In this document: piece after piece, positions 18,102-27,184 of the stretch
Layout of the letters: each line of letters begins with the position of its first letter
Position numbering within the stretch: position 1 is the stretch's first letter
Virus record (IMG/VR): IMGVR_UViG_3300017963_000068
Coordinates: 1 to 52,419 of that record
DNA: 52,419 nucleotides
Reading direction: 5' to 3' (one strand)
From: a virus
Lineage: Duplodnaviria; Caudoviricetes
Program-made: the position numbers and the translations under genes
The notes under the pieces: generated by a model
What the model was told of the DNA's origin: nothing
Seen by the model: only the letters and a program-made list of their open reading frames with translations
Database searches by the model: none

Positions 18102-19526
18102 CTATCCGAACGGGGCGTGGGTTGCTCGGCGGACTCGGCGCCGCCGCGGTTCCTTGGCCGCGAATAGTACGTTGAACCCGTGGGCGAGGCAATCCACCTG
18201 ATCGTCATGGTCATCTTTCACGCCGGTGAAGTCCTGGCATTCCGCGATCAGGACGCCACCCCATGGGCGATCGGTCGGGACCAGGATCCGGCCCTCATTC
18301 CAGGCGCTCGAGGCCGGTTGCGCCCGCGTGAACTTGTCCCCGATCGGTTTCACCTCGAGGAGCCGGAGCGCCGGATCGTGTTCGCGTAGCATCTGGGGGA
18401 TCCCCTTGAACCCGCCCACGGCCTCCACTCCGATCGGAACGCCGTACCATTGGCGCTGCAACTGGCCGAGGCGCCTCACGAGCTTGGGGACGGTGATCTG
18501 GGCGCGGAAGTGATCAAGAACCCACACGCGCATGTCCGCGCCCCAGCCCTTGGCCGCTAGCACCATGATCACGGAGTAGTCCGCGCGCGTTGATTCGGTG
18601 GCCGCCGGATCGCACACGATCACCAGGCGGTGGCCGTCCAGGGAGAACGTGTCCAGCTCGAACCGGCCCGGTTCGTAGAACAGTTGATCCCCTCGAGGCC
18701 GTGGCCGTTGCTGATACAGGCTCGCCCACCCGTAGGCCCCGAGGAGGCTCCGGATCTCCGCGAGCTTCTCCACCGGGTAGCGCCCAGGCCACAGCGCCTC
18801 GCCCACCTGGCGCCCGAGGAGGTCCCCGGGATCCTCGGCGAGCGCGGGGAGCCGGATATCCTCGAAGCGAACGCCGTCGACGCCGTCGGCCAGGAGCTTG
18901 CCGGCGAGGTCGTGAGGATGCCAGCGGGTTTGAATCACCACCACGGACGCGTCCTCCTCGAGGCGCGTCCACAGGACATCCCGGAACCAGTCCCAGATCC
19001 CCTCCCTGATCGTGGCGGACTCGGCCTCCTTGCGATTCTTGATCGGGTCATCGACTATCGCAACGCCGGTCACGCCCTGGCCGGTGAGCGGGCCGCCCAC
19101 GCCGGTGGCGAGGAAACCGCCTCCCTGAACGGTTCGCCACTCGTGGAGGTTTTGCTGATCGCGCGCGAGGCGGACTCCAGCCCCTCGAGCGAGGCGCCGC
19201 GCGATCCTGGACTTGCTCACGCTCAGGGCGTCCGCATAGGTCGCGTAACAGTGAGTCAACGCCGGATCGAGGGTGAGGCGCCAGGCTAGCCCGTGCATGG
19301 CGGTGGTGGTTTTCGCGTGCCGAGGCGGCATTGACAGGACAGCGCGCACGGGGCCGCGGCGCGTCCGCTCCCACAGGTTGATCGCGGGCTCGAGGTGGCG
19401 CGGTGGTGGCAACCTCGGCGACATGCGCCGAATGAACGGATCGAGTCCCTCCGCGTCGAATTCGAGGCGGATCAGATCGGCCAGTCGCGAATCATCCTCG
19501 GGCGTCCATGGGCCGGAGTCCGTCAC
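18102..19526 (-). CDS. terL: Terminase large subunit
   Basis: Walker A PPRHAKTT, Walker B AIVDDP, QTRWHPHDL, SLYQQRP, nuclease motifs DPAAT-DYS and HDDQVD. Confidence 0.95.
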   Translation of the reverse strand: MTDSGPWTPEDDSRLADLIRLEFDAEGLDPFIRRMSPRLPPPRHLEPAINLWERTRRGPVRAVLSMPPRHAKTTTAMHGLAWRLTLDPALTHCYATYADALSVSKSRIARRLARGAGVRLARDQQNLHEWRTVQGGGFLATGVGGPLTGQGVTGVAIVDDPIKNRKEAESATIREGIWDWFRDVLWTRLEEDASVVVIQTRWHPHDLAGKLLADGVDGVRFEDIRLPALAEDPGDLLGRQVGEALWPGRYPVEKLAEIRSLLGAYGWASLYQQRPRPRGDQLFYEPGRFELDTFSLDGHRLVIVCDPAATESTRADYSVIMVLAAKGWGADMRVWVLDHFRAQITVPKLVRRLGQLQRQWYGVPIGVEAVGGFKGIPQMLREHDPALRLLEVKPIGDKFTRAQPASSAWNEGRILVPTDRPWGGVLIAECQDFTGVKDDHDDQVDCLAHGFNVLFAAKEPRRRRVRRATHAPFG

Positions 19527-19532
19527 GCCAGC

Positions 19533-19787
19533 TCACAACGGCCACCCGTCCGGCCCCACGTTGATCGTGTGGCGCGGGACGCGCTGATCTTTCTTGATCG
19601 GCAAGCCCAGGAGGCACGGGCCGCGGCGTGAGAAAAGCTCGCATCCCGGGGCCGCCAGGACGGCGGCGAGCTTGAGGATCTCCATGTAGCCGTCCGGGTG
19701 AACGGCCACGCGCTCCGCGGTGACTCCATGGAACTCGAGCGAGGCGCGGATATGGATCACGCCCTCGAGGATGTCCTCCGTTGTCAC
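19533..19787 (-). CDS. Hypothetical protein
   Basis: 84 aa from GTG 19787 (GTGA coupling, GAGGAG RBS). Confidence 0.5.
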   Translation of the reverse strand: MTTEDILEGVIHIRASLEFHGVTAERVAVHPDGYMEILKLAAVLAAPGCELFSRRGPCLLGLPIKKDQRVPRHTINVGPDGWPL

Positions 19788-19957
19788 GGGCTCCTCCTCG
19801 GCGTTGCCAGGCCCTCGCCTCGATAGCAGCGGGAACACAGCCACCACGGCCACCCGGAACGCCCCCGGATTCCCGGGGCCATCTCCAGGAGGATCGGCCC
19901 GGTTGCTCCACAGCTTGCGCACACGCGGCGCGGCCCTTTCAGCTTGCGATCTCGCAT
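19784..19957 (-). CDS. Small zinc-ribbon protein
   Basis: 57 aa; CASC and CSRC pairs. Confidence 0.45.
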   Translation of the reverse strand: MRDRKLKGPRRVCASCGATGPILLEMAPGIRGRSGWPWWLCSRCYRGEGLATPRRSP

Positions 19958-20130
19958 TTCTCCACCGTATTGAGGCAATCGATCCACAGCTCCCCGGCGC
20001 CCTCGCCCTCGGTGAGCTTGCACACGCGCGCGCACGATTCGCAAGCGAACAGGCGGAACGTATATTCCTCGCCGAACGCCTCATCCCACAGGAGCACCAG
20101 GGCCATGCGGGCGCCACAGCGACACGTCAC
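19939..20130 (-). CDS. Small Cys-rich protein
   Basis: 63 aa from GTG 20130 (GTGA coupling); CRC and CESC motifs. Confidence 0.45.
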   Translation of the reverse strand: MTCRCGARMALVLLWDEAFGEEYTFRLFACESCARVCKLTEGEGAGELWIDCLNTVEKCEIAS

Positions 20131-20342
20131 GGAACGCTCCTCAAGTGCGGATTGTCCGGCCCGTCCCCCTCGGCCAGGAGCTTGCGCTTTGCCTCCTCCC
20201 ACCTGGCGGCGTGCATGGGCGCCGGCAACCTCGAGGGCCGCGTCCGGCATTCGTGGCCGCGGCGCGCGCCACAGTAGGGACATGGGAGCTGGAGGCCGCG
20301 CTCGAGGATGCGCCCCCCGAAGCTCGAGCGATCGAGGCTCAC
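20127..20342 (-). CDS. Small zinc-finger protein
   Basis: 71 aa; CPYCGA-x5-C-x10-H pattern; GTGA coupling. Confidence 0.55.
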   Translation of the reverse strand: MSLDRSSFGGRILERGLQLPCPYCGARRGHECRTRPSRLPAPMHAARWEEAKRKLLAEGDGPDNPHLRSVP

Positions 20343-20722
20343 GCCACCACCTCGCCCTCGAGCTTCACCTCCTCGAACTGGGCGGGGAGCGTGCGGTCCA
20401 CCTTGAACCCGGCGAGGCGCTCCTCCTTGCCCAGGGTTGCCAGGTATGCGGCGCGGCGCCGTGCGCGCTTCTGGGCGCCCGTGGTGCGCCTCCGCTGGCT
20501 CGCGCGTTGACTCATGCCCTCGGCCGTTTGTAGTTCGAGCGCGCGCGTGTGGCGGTCCTCGCCCCCCCTGGTGGCCCGGCGGATCCTCCGCTCGAGCTTG
20601 CCGCCAGGATATCGCCTCTCACGCGGGTGGACGGACTTCGCCGGCGCCGCGCGCCTCGGCGTTTTTCCAGTCGGGCGCAACGTGTCGCCGGCGCCCTTTC
20701 TCCTGTGTCTCACGATCGCCAT
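20339..20722 (-). CDS. Highly basic Arg/Lys-rich protein
   Basis: 127 aa from ATG 20722 with GACACAGGAGGAG RBS. Confidence 0.6.
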   Translation of the reverse strand: MAIVRHRRKGAGDTLRPTGKTPRRAAPAKSVHPRERRYPGGKLERRIRRATRGGEDRHTRALELQTAEGMSQRASQRRRTTGAQKRARRRAAYLATLGKEERLAGFKVDRTLPAQFEEVKLEGEVVA

Positions 20723-20742
20723 GTTCTCCTCCTGTGTCGTGT

Positions 20743-21096
20743 TCAGTCGATCCCGGCAAGGTTCCGAATGCGATCCCAGCTCGGAGGCCAGGCCCTCCCC
20801 GGGCATGAATTCGCCACGGCCTCGAGCGATTGAGCTACGGCCGCGAGGCCCTCCTGGCAACGGCGCACGTCACCACGGAGCCCGTCAAGCTCGCGGACGT
20901 GTGCGGCCACCTGGGCGCCGCTGGCGAGGAGCGCGGAGGATGCGTCCGCCTCCACCTCGGCCAGGCGCTCCTCGAGGACGAGCTGGCGATCGGCCATCGC
21001 CGCAAGTTGGTAACGCTGGGCCACGATCGCAAGTAGGAGGGCCAGGACGGCCGCAACGCCGAGGCCCGCGGTTAATTTTTTCGCTTTCTCGCTCAA
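20743..21096 (-). CDS. Membrane-anchored coiled-coil protein
   Basis: N-terminal basic residues plus a hydrophobic helix, then a coiled coil; TTG start is uncertain. Confidence 0.5.
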   Translation of the reverse strand: MSEKAKKLTAGLGVAAVLALLLAIVAQRYQLAAMADRQLVLEERLAEVEADASSALLASGAQVAAHVRELDGLRGDVRRCQEGLAAVAQSLEAVANSCPGRAWPPSWDRIRNLAGID

Positions 21097-21155
21097 GTGT
21101 AGGCCCCGATCTTGACAGCTCCCAGGAGCGGGCTCGATTCTCGCGCGCGGTGTGT

Positions 21156-21668
21156 TCAGGCGCCGTGCCCGTTTCCGTTCCCTCGCCCGTTGCCGTTTCC
21201 TCGAGCCCTCGGTGGTGCGAGTAGAGGCGGCCCGGCGGCCGTCCCGTCCAGCGCCTCGGCCCGCTTGGCGATCAGGCGCTCGATCTCCTGGCGGCGCTCC
21301 GAGGGCGTGAGCGCCAGGACATCGACGTGGCCAGCCACCGCCACTTGAACCTGGGCGGGGGCCTCGAGCCCGTCAAACTTCGCCAGGACGCGCGCGAGCT
21401 GGGCGAGGGCCACGCCTTGCTTGTTCCGCCTCGCGAGCCTCCAGGCGTCCATGATCAGCGCCCGGAACTCGGCCCGGCGCTGGGGCCGTAGCTCCTCCTC
21501 CTCGCGCGTCCAGCGCTGGCGGATCTCGGAGCAATATCTGGCCACGGTCGCCTCACACACGCCCCACTTTGCCCGGCACGCTCCCACGATCTCGCGGAAC
21601 GGGACACCCTGGGCCATGGCGCGCTCCACGGCGTCCAGCATTTCGGGATTCTTGCTAGGGCCTGGCAT
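21156..21668 (-). CDS. Putative terminase small subunit
   Basis: 170 aa; N-terminal HTH-like region, AKFDGLEAPAQVQV and LTPSERRQEIERL pattern typical of TerS; upstream of terL. Confidence 0.6.
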   Translation of the reverse strand: MPGPSKNPEMLDAVERAMAQGVPFREIVGACRAKWGVCEATVARYCSEIRQRWTREEEELRPQRRAEFRALIMDAWRLARRNKQGVALAQLARVLAKFDGLEAPAQVQVAVAGHVDVLALTPSERRQEIERLIAKRAEALDGTAAGPPLLAPPRARGNGNGRGNGNGHGA

Positions 21669-21717
21669 GAGGTCGCAGGATCTTGCAGGTTGGAAACACG
21701 TTACCACGTTGCCGGCG

Positions 21718-22245
21718 TTACACGTCCGCCTGATTTCTCCAGGCCCTCAGTTCGCCCAGGAGGCGCGAGTGTTCGGCCCGTAGAATCAGGTCCGAATAGT
21801 CCGCGCTCGCCTTGCCGAGGACCAGGAGGGCCTCCGTTGCGATCCTGTGGGCCTCCTCGAGGAGCTGGCGCTTTGTGGAGTCCCGCTTTCGCTTGCGCGG
21901 CAACGGCAAGGGCTCCGCGCGTCCGGTCACGTCGTACAGGATCGCCCGGTTGCCGGTCACGCGGCACGTGACGATCCCCAGCTCGGCGATCAGGCCCATG
22001 TCTCGCAACTCGGTGAAGCGCGCGCGGCTTTGCGTGAGGGCGCGCTGTGGGTGCGTCCGGATGTCCTCCTCGAGGATCTCCGCGGACGTTCCCGGCCCCC
22101 GGTGCCACACCAGATCGAACACGTGCCAGCGCCCGGCGGCGAGCCCCCCGAAGTCCCGGAGCTTGTGATACGCCTGGAGGGTGGTAAGGCGTGGCGTTTC
22201 CCGGAGCGCGAGGTCCCGCGCCTCCTGGTCCTCGGTGGCGTCCAT
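21718..22245 (-). CDS. Winged-HTH-like DNA-binding protein
   Basis: 175 aa from ATG 22245 (TAATG coupling); GPGTSAEI...SRARFTELRDMGLI...CRVTGNRA. Confidence 0.55.
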   Translation of the reverse strand: MDATEDQEARDLALRETPRLTTLQAYHKLRDFGGLAAGRWHVFDLVWHRGPGTSAEILEEDIRTHPQRALTQSRARFTELRDMGLIAELGIVTCRVTGNRAILYDVTGRAEPLPLPRKRKRDSTKRQLLEEAHRIATEALLVLGKASADYSDLILRAEHSRLLGELRAWRNQADV

Positions 22246-22868
22246 TACCGGCCCTCGAGGATGTCCGTCACCGCCTCCACGATCGTGCGCTTCTCCGGCG
22301 AGTAGGGCGCGAACTCGCGGATCTTGATCACCGCCTTGTGAATTCGGACCACCAGATCGGAGTGGCTCCGCTCGAGCGCGCGGACTCGCGAATCCGCCGC
22401 GGCCAGCGGGTTGACGCGCACGGATGATCCACACCTCGCGCACGTTGTTTCGATCGGCTCGATCGAGGGCTCCACGTCCTGGCGAAACACGGGGGACGTG
22501 ACGGCGAGGGCCTCCTCCCAGCCGAGGCTCGCCAGCTCCCCGGCCATCATGGCGTCCGCGTAGTTCCACGCGCGCTCCGCGAGGGCCTGGACGTTGTGAT
22601 CCATTTCCGGATCGGCCAGCATGGCGCCGAGGGCGTGGGCGGCGAACATGGCGCGTGTGTTCCGGCGCCCGGCGTGTTCGGCGCTCTTGCGTTCCTGGTT
22701 CTGGTTCTCCATGGGTTGCTCCTGTGTCGTGTAGCCTGGGCACGCCCTATTGTTGCCGTGCGTCGGATGGCCGTGGAACACGCAAGCGCCGTATGTCCTC
22801 GGCCCTCCGAACCGATGATCGCGCGCGAAGTGCGAACACTTGCGGCACGATTTCACCGGATGCCCCAC
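22245..22868 (-). CDS. Hypothetical protein with two possible in-frame starts (22868 and 22712)
   Basis: Cys-rich N-terminal 52 aa; internal ATG 22712 has a GACACAGGAG RBS; FAAHALGAMLA...AWNYADAMM motif of small phage proteins. Confidence 0.55.
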   Translation of the reverse strand: MGHPVKSCRKCSHFARDHRFGGPRTYGACVFHGHPTHGNNRACPGYTTQEQPMENQNQERKSAEHAGRRNTRAMFAAHALGAMLADPEMDHNVQALAERAWNYADAMMAGELASLGWEEALAVTSPVFRQDVEPSIEPIETTCARCGSSVRVNPLAAADSRVRALERSHSDLVVRIHKAVIKIREFAPYSPEKRTIVEAVTDILEGR

Positions 22869-23114
22869 CTATTCGTCCTCCTGGCCGGCGATCTCCAGGA
22901 GGATCAATTGCTGGTATAGGAAAGCGCGCTCCGCGGCGGTGGTGCCGCCGGTCCCGAACGCTTCCCAGCCACCCACGCCGTCCGGCCCGGAGCCCTCCGG
23001 GTAGGCAATGATCAGGATCGCCTCCGTGGCGCCGCGCGCGATCCCTTGATCCAGGATCGCGTGAAGCTCGGAGGGCGTTCCGGGCGCGGAACGTATGGCG
23101 CGGACTTCGCCCAT
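22869..23114 (-). CDS. Hypothetical protein
   Basis: 81 aa from ATG 23114, tightly packed in the operon. Confidence 0.5.
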   Translation of the reverse strand: MGEVRAIRSAPGTPSELHAILDQGIARGATEAILIIAYPEGSGPDGVGGWEAFGTGGTTAAERAFLYQQLILLEIAGQEDE

Positions 23115-23115
23115 G

Positions 23116-24012
23116 CTAGAACGGCGGCGAATCGTCCGGATCCAGCGCCTTGCGGGATTCGGGCACGCCCCAGAACACGGGAACGTCCTCGCACGCGCCA
23201 TCGATCATCCCCACGGCCTCGGCGAAAGCGTCCAGGACGATCTCCTCCTGGCGGTGGAGGGTGAACTCGAACAGCGCGGCGCCGCTTGCGAGCCGAAAGC
23301 GGATTCGGCATTCCACCCGATAGGCCGTGCCGCCGCGGAACACGGGGATCCCAAGCGCGAACGCGCGCGGGATATTCGTGGAGTCTTGCGTGTGCTCGGT
23401 TTTGCACACCAGCTCGGACTCGCCAGTGGTGGGATTGAGCGATCGCCGGAACGTGCCTTGGGTGTGGATCCGGAGGCTCCGGGACATCTCCAGCAATTCG
23501 GTCGGGGCCGGGAATCCGTCTTTTCCGGTCCCGGTGAGATCCTCCATACGGGACTCGATCAGATCGGCGAACTCCTCCTGGCGATAGGTGCGGCCCGCGG
23601 CCTCCGTCCAGAATTTCCAAGCGTCGGACGTGGGCATGGAATAGGTGGCGCGAAAGTCCGCCCAGCCCGGCCCGCCGGCGGCGTCCCCGGCCTCGGCGCC
23701 GTGATAGTTGTAGATCGCGATCACCTCGGTTTCGTCCACGTTCGCCCACAGCGCCGAGGCCGCCGTTTTGTTGCGGTTCACGTGCGCCGTGAAGCTATCG
23801 AGCTGGTGGTGGACGGACGTTCCGCGCTTGCGGTTCGGGGCGGCGCCGCGCGCATAGATGGCGCGGAGCAAGTCCTGGGGAACCTTCGCGGCCTGATCGC
23901 CGTTCGTGAGAATGAGCGGGACGCCCTCGATCGTCACCATGCGATCGGCGAGCTTCGCCGCCTGGGCTCCGGCGATGATCGCCGCTTTCGTTTCCGTGTA
24001 GTCCTGGGGCAC
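23116..24012 (-). CDS. DUF2303 / YfdQ-like phage protein
   Basis: 298 aa; SFTAHVNR, AIYNYH, QEEFADLIE and FALGIPVFRGG motifs; paired with the upstream YfdP-like gene. Confidence 0.75.
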   Translation of the reverse strand: MPQDYTETKAAIIAGAQAAKLADRMVTIEGVPLILTNGDQAAKVPQDLLRAIYARGAAPNRKRGTSVHHQLDSFTAHVNRNKTAASALWANVDETEVIAIYNYHGAEAGDAAGGPGWADFRATYSMPTSDAWKFWTEAAGRTYRQEEFADLIESRMEDLTGTGKDGFPAPTELLEMSRSLRIHTQGTFRRSLNPTTGESELVCKTEHTQDSTNIPRAFALGIPVFRGGTAYRVECRIRFRLASGAALFEFTLHRQEEIVLDAFAEAVGMIDGACEDVPVFWGVPESRKALDPDDSPPF

Positions 24013-24014
24013 GA

Positions 24015-24383
24015 TTACTCCTCCTGTGTCGGTTCGGGTTCTGGTTCATGCTTCCCGCCTCCGATCGCGCGGAGCGGGGCGGGTTTCGCGGGCTCGAGGT
24101 TGCGGAGGGAAAGCTGGCGCGGATCCTCGCGGTGGAGTGTTCCCTCGCCCTTTTCCCCGAAGTAGAACAGGGACGCGGGGAGCCCATGCTGGGGAACCTT
24201 CGAGGACACCTCGCCCGAAAGCAGGGCCATCCCGTTTTCCCACTTGATCGTGATCTTCACGGCCACCGATCCCGGTTTCGTGGTTTCGGCCACCGCCTCG
24301 ATCACCTTCGCCAGCTCGGAGTCCGCGCGCGCCAGGACTTTGCCCTGGCCGATGTCCTCGAGCGTTACTGTGAAATCTGCCAC
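24015..24383 (-). CDS. YfdP-like phage protein (partner of DUF2303)
   Basis: 122 aa; VIEAVAETTKPGSVAVKITIK and GTLHREDPRQLSL motifs. Confidence 0.7.
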   Translation of the reverse strand: MADFTVTLEDIGQGKVLARADSELAKVIEAVAETTKPGSVAVKITIKWENGMALLSGEVSSKVPQHGLPASLFYFGEKGEGTLHREDPRQLSLRNLEPAKPAPLRAIGGGKHEPEPEPTQEE

Positions 24384-24392
24384 GTGATCCTC

Positions 24393-24713
24393 CTATTCGG
24401 TTTCTGTTTCGGCCTCGAGGAGGGCCACCTGTTCCCGCGCGGAGTCCAGATCGCCCTCCAGTTCGTCCCGTTCGGCCTCCAGCGCCTCGATCCTACGCTG
24501 GGCCTCCGTCATCCGGATCTTGACTTGGATCGCCACCAGCTCCGGCGAGGGCGTGAAGCAAGGCGGCGGCGCCGTCCCCTCCAGGGCCTCGAGGATCTGG
24601 CGGAACGCGCCCTCCTGGCGCGCGAGCTTCTCCTCCAGCTCGCGGACGGCCTCGAGGAGATCCGTTCTCTCCTGGCGGCGCTCCTCCTCATACATTGCCT
24701 GTAACTGATCCAC
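24393..24713 (-). CDS. Coiled-coil acidic hypothetical protein
   Basis: 106 aa from GTG 24713 with GACACAGGAGG RBS. Confidence 0.55.
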   Translation of the reverse strand: MDQLQAMYEEERRQERTDLLEAVRELEEKLARQEGAFRQILEALEGTAPPPCFTPSPELVAIQVKIRMTEAQRRIEALEAERDELEGDLDSAREQVALLEAETETE

Positions 24714-24727
24714 GCTGTCCTCCTGTG

Positions 24728-25222
24728 TCACGATCCCCACGCCCCCGGGCGCTTGCCCTCGGCGAATTCGTGATCGATTCGGTATGCCTGGCGCTCCCAG
24801 CAAATGGCCGCGTAGGCTCGCCACCACAAGGGCTCCGGGTTGCCGTGTCGATCCCTCATGGGAAGGTAGTCCGGGTAATCCTCTGGCTTGGGGCGAACGA
24901 TCATCACGTTGACGGCCCAATGTAGGAGCCACGCGGGCGCGAACGCGAACGGGCTCCACAGCATTGACTGGATCACGTGGACGCGCTCATGGACGCGGAG
25001 GCGCGGCCGATCGCGCTCCTCCGGATCCGTGTAGAACATGATCAGCCCGATCGTTTGCGCCCCCGGCGATCCGATGATCCACAGGGTCCGGATCTCCAGG
25101 AGCCCGTCCGACCACCTAACGCCGATCGGCACGTAGATCAAGGCGAGGACGGCGCCGGCGAGCGTGAGCGGAAGGATCCACAGCGCGCCCAGGAGGTAGA
25201 GGATCAGCGGTGGCCGCTTCAT
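24728..25222 (-). CDS. Membrane protein with zincin-like HExxH motif
   Basis: N-terminal TM segment; AQTIG, HERVHVIQ and WERQAY motifs. Confidence 0.6.
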   Translation of the reverse strand: MKRPPLILYLLGALWILPLTLAGAVLALIYVPIGVRWSDGLLEIRTLWIIGSPGAQTIGLIMFYTDPEERDRPRLRVHERVHVIQSMLWSPFAFAPAWLLHWAVNVMIVRPKPEDYPDYLPMRDRHGNPEPLWWRAYAAICWERQAYRIDHEFAEGKRPGAWGS

Positions 25223-25491
25223 GCTTTCGCCCCCTGTTCCAGCTCGCGCGCCAGGCGCTTGCGCGCGCTCACGCGATCGGCCGGTGATAGCTTCTCAAAC
25301 CACGCCACCAGCTTGCGGTGGCCGTCCGATTCGATCGCGATCTTGGCCTGGGAATCGAGCCAGTCCTTTTTCGGCCGCGGGGCGATCAGGAGGTTGGACT
25401 CCTCGGCGATTCGCTCGGCGCGCTCCACCAGGGCGCGCTCGAACATATATCGAGCGTAACGCCGGAGGAGCTTTGCATCCTTGGAATTCAT
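25219..25491 (-). CDS. Hypothetical protein
   Basis: 90 aa from ATG 25491, ATGA-coupled at both ends. Confidence 0.5.
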   Translation of the reverse strand: MNSKDAKLLRRYARYMFERALVERAERIAEESNLLIAPRPKKDWLDSQAKIAIESDGHRKLVAWFEKLSPADRVSARKRLARELEQGAKA

Positions 25492-25769
25492 GATCGGCCC
25501 CCCGGGTTCGCGTTGAACGCGGCCACGAACCAGTCCGGATCGGTCGTGGCGATCGTGAGCCACATTGTCCCCTGTGGGGGCCGTCCGGGTGTCTGGATCG
25601 CGTTCGCCTCGAACATGTTTCCCAGCTTGAACCAGTCGGGGATCTTGGACGTGTCCCCGATCGTCATCTTGCCAAGCGCGAGGATCGCCTCCGTGTCCAG
25701 GCAAACAACGCACAGCAATTTCCCGTTCCACACGCCATGGGCGCCGTTCAGGAACTTCTCCGCTTTCAT
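25488..25769 (-). CDS. Hypothetical protein
   Basis: 93 aa from ATG 25769; GAGGAG RBS; ATGA coupling. Confidence 0.5.
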   Translation of the reverse strand: MKAEKFLNGAHGVWNGKLLCVVCLDTEAILALGKMTIGDTSKIPDWFKLGNMFEANAIQTPGRPPQGTMWLTIATTDPDWFVAAFNANPGGRS

Positions 25770-26155
25770 TTCGTTCTCCTCATTGCCTGGCCGAGGCGGT
25801 GGCCGCACGGTTTCGCGTAAACACAGCGCCCCACCTTCACGCGCGCCTCAATCGCCCGATCGCAGATCGGGCAAATGTTCGCGCGGAGCTTCGCCACGAA
25901 CTCCTCCGCGGCCTTGAGATTCGCACGATCGCGCTCCTCGGCCTCCTCGGGTGTCAATGGATCGTATTTCTCGCACGTATCCACGCGCTCGCAATACCCG
26001 ATGATCGCGAGGCACGGAAGCGCGCGAGGCGTTCCGGGCTCCGGTTCCGCCCACACGTCCGCGTAACGGACGCCGGCGGCGCATGTCGACTTCCGAATGC
26101 CGCGGAAGTGTCGACACTCCCCGCGGATCTTTTGCCCTCGCGTGGAATCGCTCAT
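25766..26155 (-). CDS. Cys-rich hypothetical protein
   Basis: 129 aa; CRHFRG, CAAGV, CPIC and PCGHRL motifs. Confidence 0.6.
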   Translation of the reverse strand: MSDSTRGQKIRGECRHFRGIRKSTCAAGVRYADVWAEPEPGTPRALPCLAIIGYCERVDTCEKYDPLTPEEAEERDRANLKAAEEFVAKLRANICPICDRAIEARVKVGRCVYAKPCGHRLGQAMRRTK

Positions 26156-26529
26156 CGCTTGCGCTTCTCCCCTCGGTTGCTATGCGGAACGCCCGGTGGC
26201 CGGATCAGCTTTTCGCACGCGGCCAGGTGGCGCTCGAGGTTCGCATTGATCCGATCGAGCTTTTCGCACGCGGCCTCGAGGAGCTGGAGGACTCGCTCGG
26301 CGTCCCGGTGGTGCCACGCCTGGGGAATGAACAAGCGAACGCCGGCGGCCTGGGCGGCCTCCTCCGCGCGCCGAACACACCCACAGTGATACATGGGGCC
26401 TAGTGTCCGGCCGAATCCGTCCCCGGTTACGCCGGGGATCGATTGCCAGGCGGCCCACTCCTTGGCCGGCATGGGCTCGCCGCAATCCTCACAACGCGGC
26501 GGCGGCCTGGTGGTGCTTTCCTCGCTCAT
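26152..26529 (-). CDS. Hypothetical protein with zinc ribbon
   Basis: 125 aa from ATG 26529; CEDC and HCGC motifs. Confidence 0.5.
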   Translation of the reverse strand: MSEESTTRPPPRCEDCGEPMPAKEWAAWQSIPGVTGDGFGRTLGPMYHCGCVRRAEEAAQAAGVRLFIPQAWHHRDAERVLQLLEAACEKLDRINANLERHLAACEKLIRPPGVPHSNRGEKRKR

Positions 26530-26927
26530 GGTTTGAACTCCGGATCGTCCGGTTCCTGTCCCGGCGGGACGGTTGCGAGGGGAACCAGCGGAGGCTCCGC
26601 TCCCAGCGCCGTGAGGTCCAGGACGCGGACTCCGTGGGCCTTGGCGTGTTCCGCCTCGAGCGCCATTCCGCCGGACACGCGGCCACCCACAAGCCACACG
26701 GCGTCGACGCGCTCGAGGATCGCAAGGTCGTGGGCGAGGCCCATTTGACGATCGGCCGGGTTGCTATCGTCCAGGATTTCGCAGTCCAGGATCCAGTTTG
26801 CCACCACGGCCGTGCCGGGTTTCGTCCGGTAGATCCACAGGAGCCAGCGCCGCGCGCGGGCGAGGTTCGCCTCCACGTCACCGGATACCGGGTGGGCCAT
26901 GTAGATCACGCGCTCCGAGGCTTTCAC
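26526..26927 (-). CDS. Nucleoside 2-deoxyribosyltransferase-like (DUF4406-type) protein
   Basis: IYMAHPVSG...DLAILERVDAVWLVGGRVSGGMALEAEHA matches the NDT/DUF4406 pattern with a conserved Glu. Confidence 0.65.
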   Translation of the reverse strand: MKASERVIYMAHPVSGDVEANLARARRWLLWIYRTKPGTAVVANWILDCEILDDSNPADRQMGLAHDLAILERVDAVWLVGGRVSGGMALEAEHAKAHGVRVLDLTALGAEPPLVPLATVPPGQEPDDPEFKP

Positions 26928-27184
26928 CGTGGCCTCCTATGCTGGGCCGCGTTCGGGCACGTGGAAAAGTGCGAAGTGTACAGGCGGCGCCCCTTGCGCT
27001 CGCCCTTGGGAACCACGCGCCCATAGTAGGCATCGGAAACCTTGCCGCGCTTGCGCTCGATCGAGCCCTCGAACGTGGGCACGGGATCGAGCGGGTGGGG
27101 CTTGCCTTGCGGGTTCCGTTCGCTCACGAGCTTGCACCACACGATCATGGCGCCACAGCTCCGGCATTTTGCCTCCTCGGCCAT
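26924..27184 (-). CDS. Zinc-ribbon phage protein
   Basis: 86 aa; CRSCGAMIVW and SHFSTCPNA motifs. Confidence 0.6.
   Translation of the reverse strand: MAEEAKCRSCGAMIVWCKLVSERNPQGKPHPLDPVPTFEGSIERKRGKVSDAYYGRVVPKGERKGRRLYTSHFSTCPNAAQHRRPR

Noticed and set aside
26207-26275. 18-bp direct repeat AGCTTTTCGCACGCGGCC
   Set aside because: In-frame duplication encoding AACEKL twice within one CDS; no sign of att-site or regulatory role.
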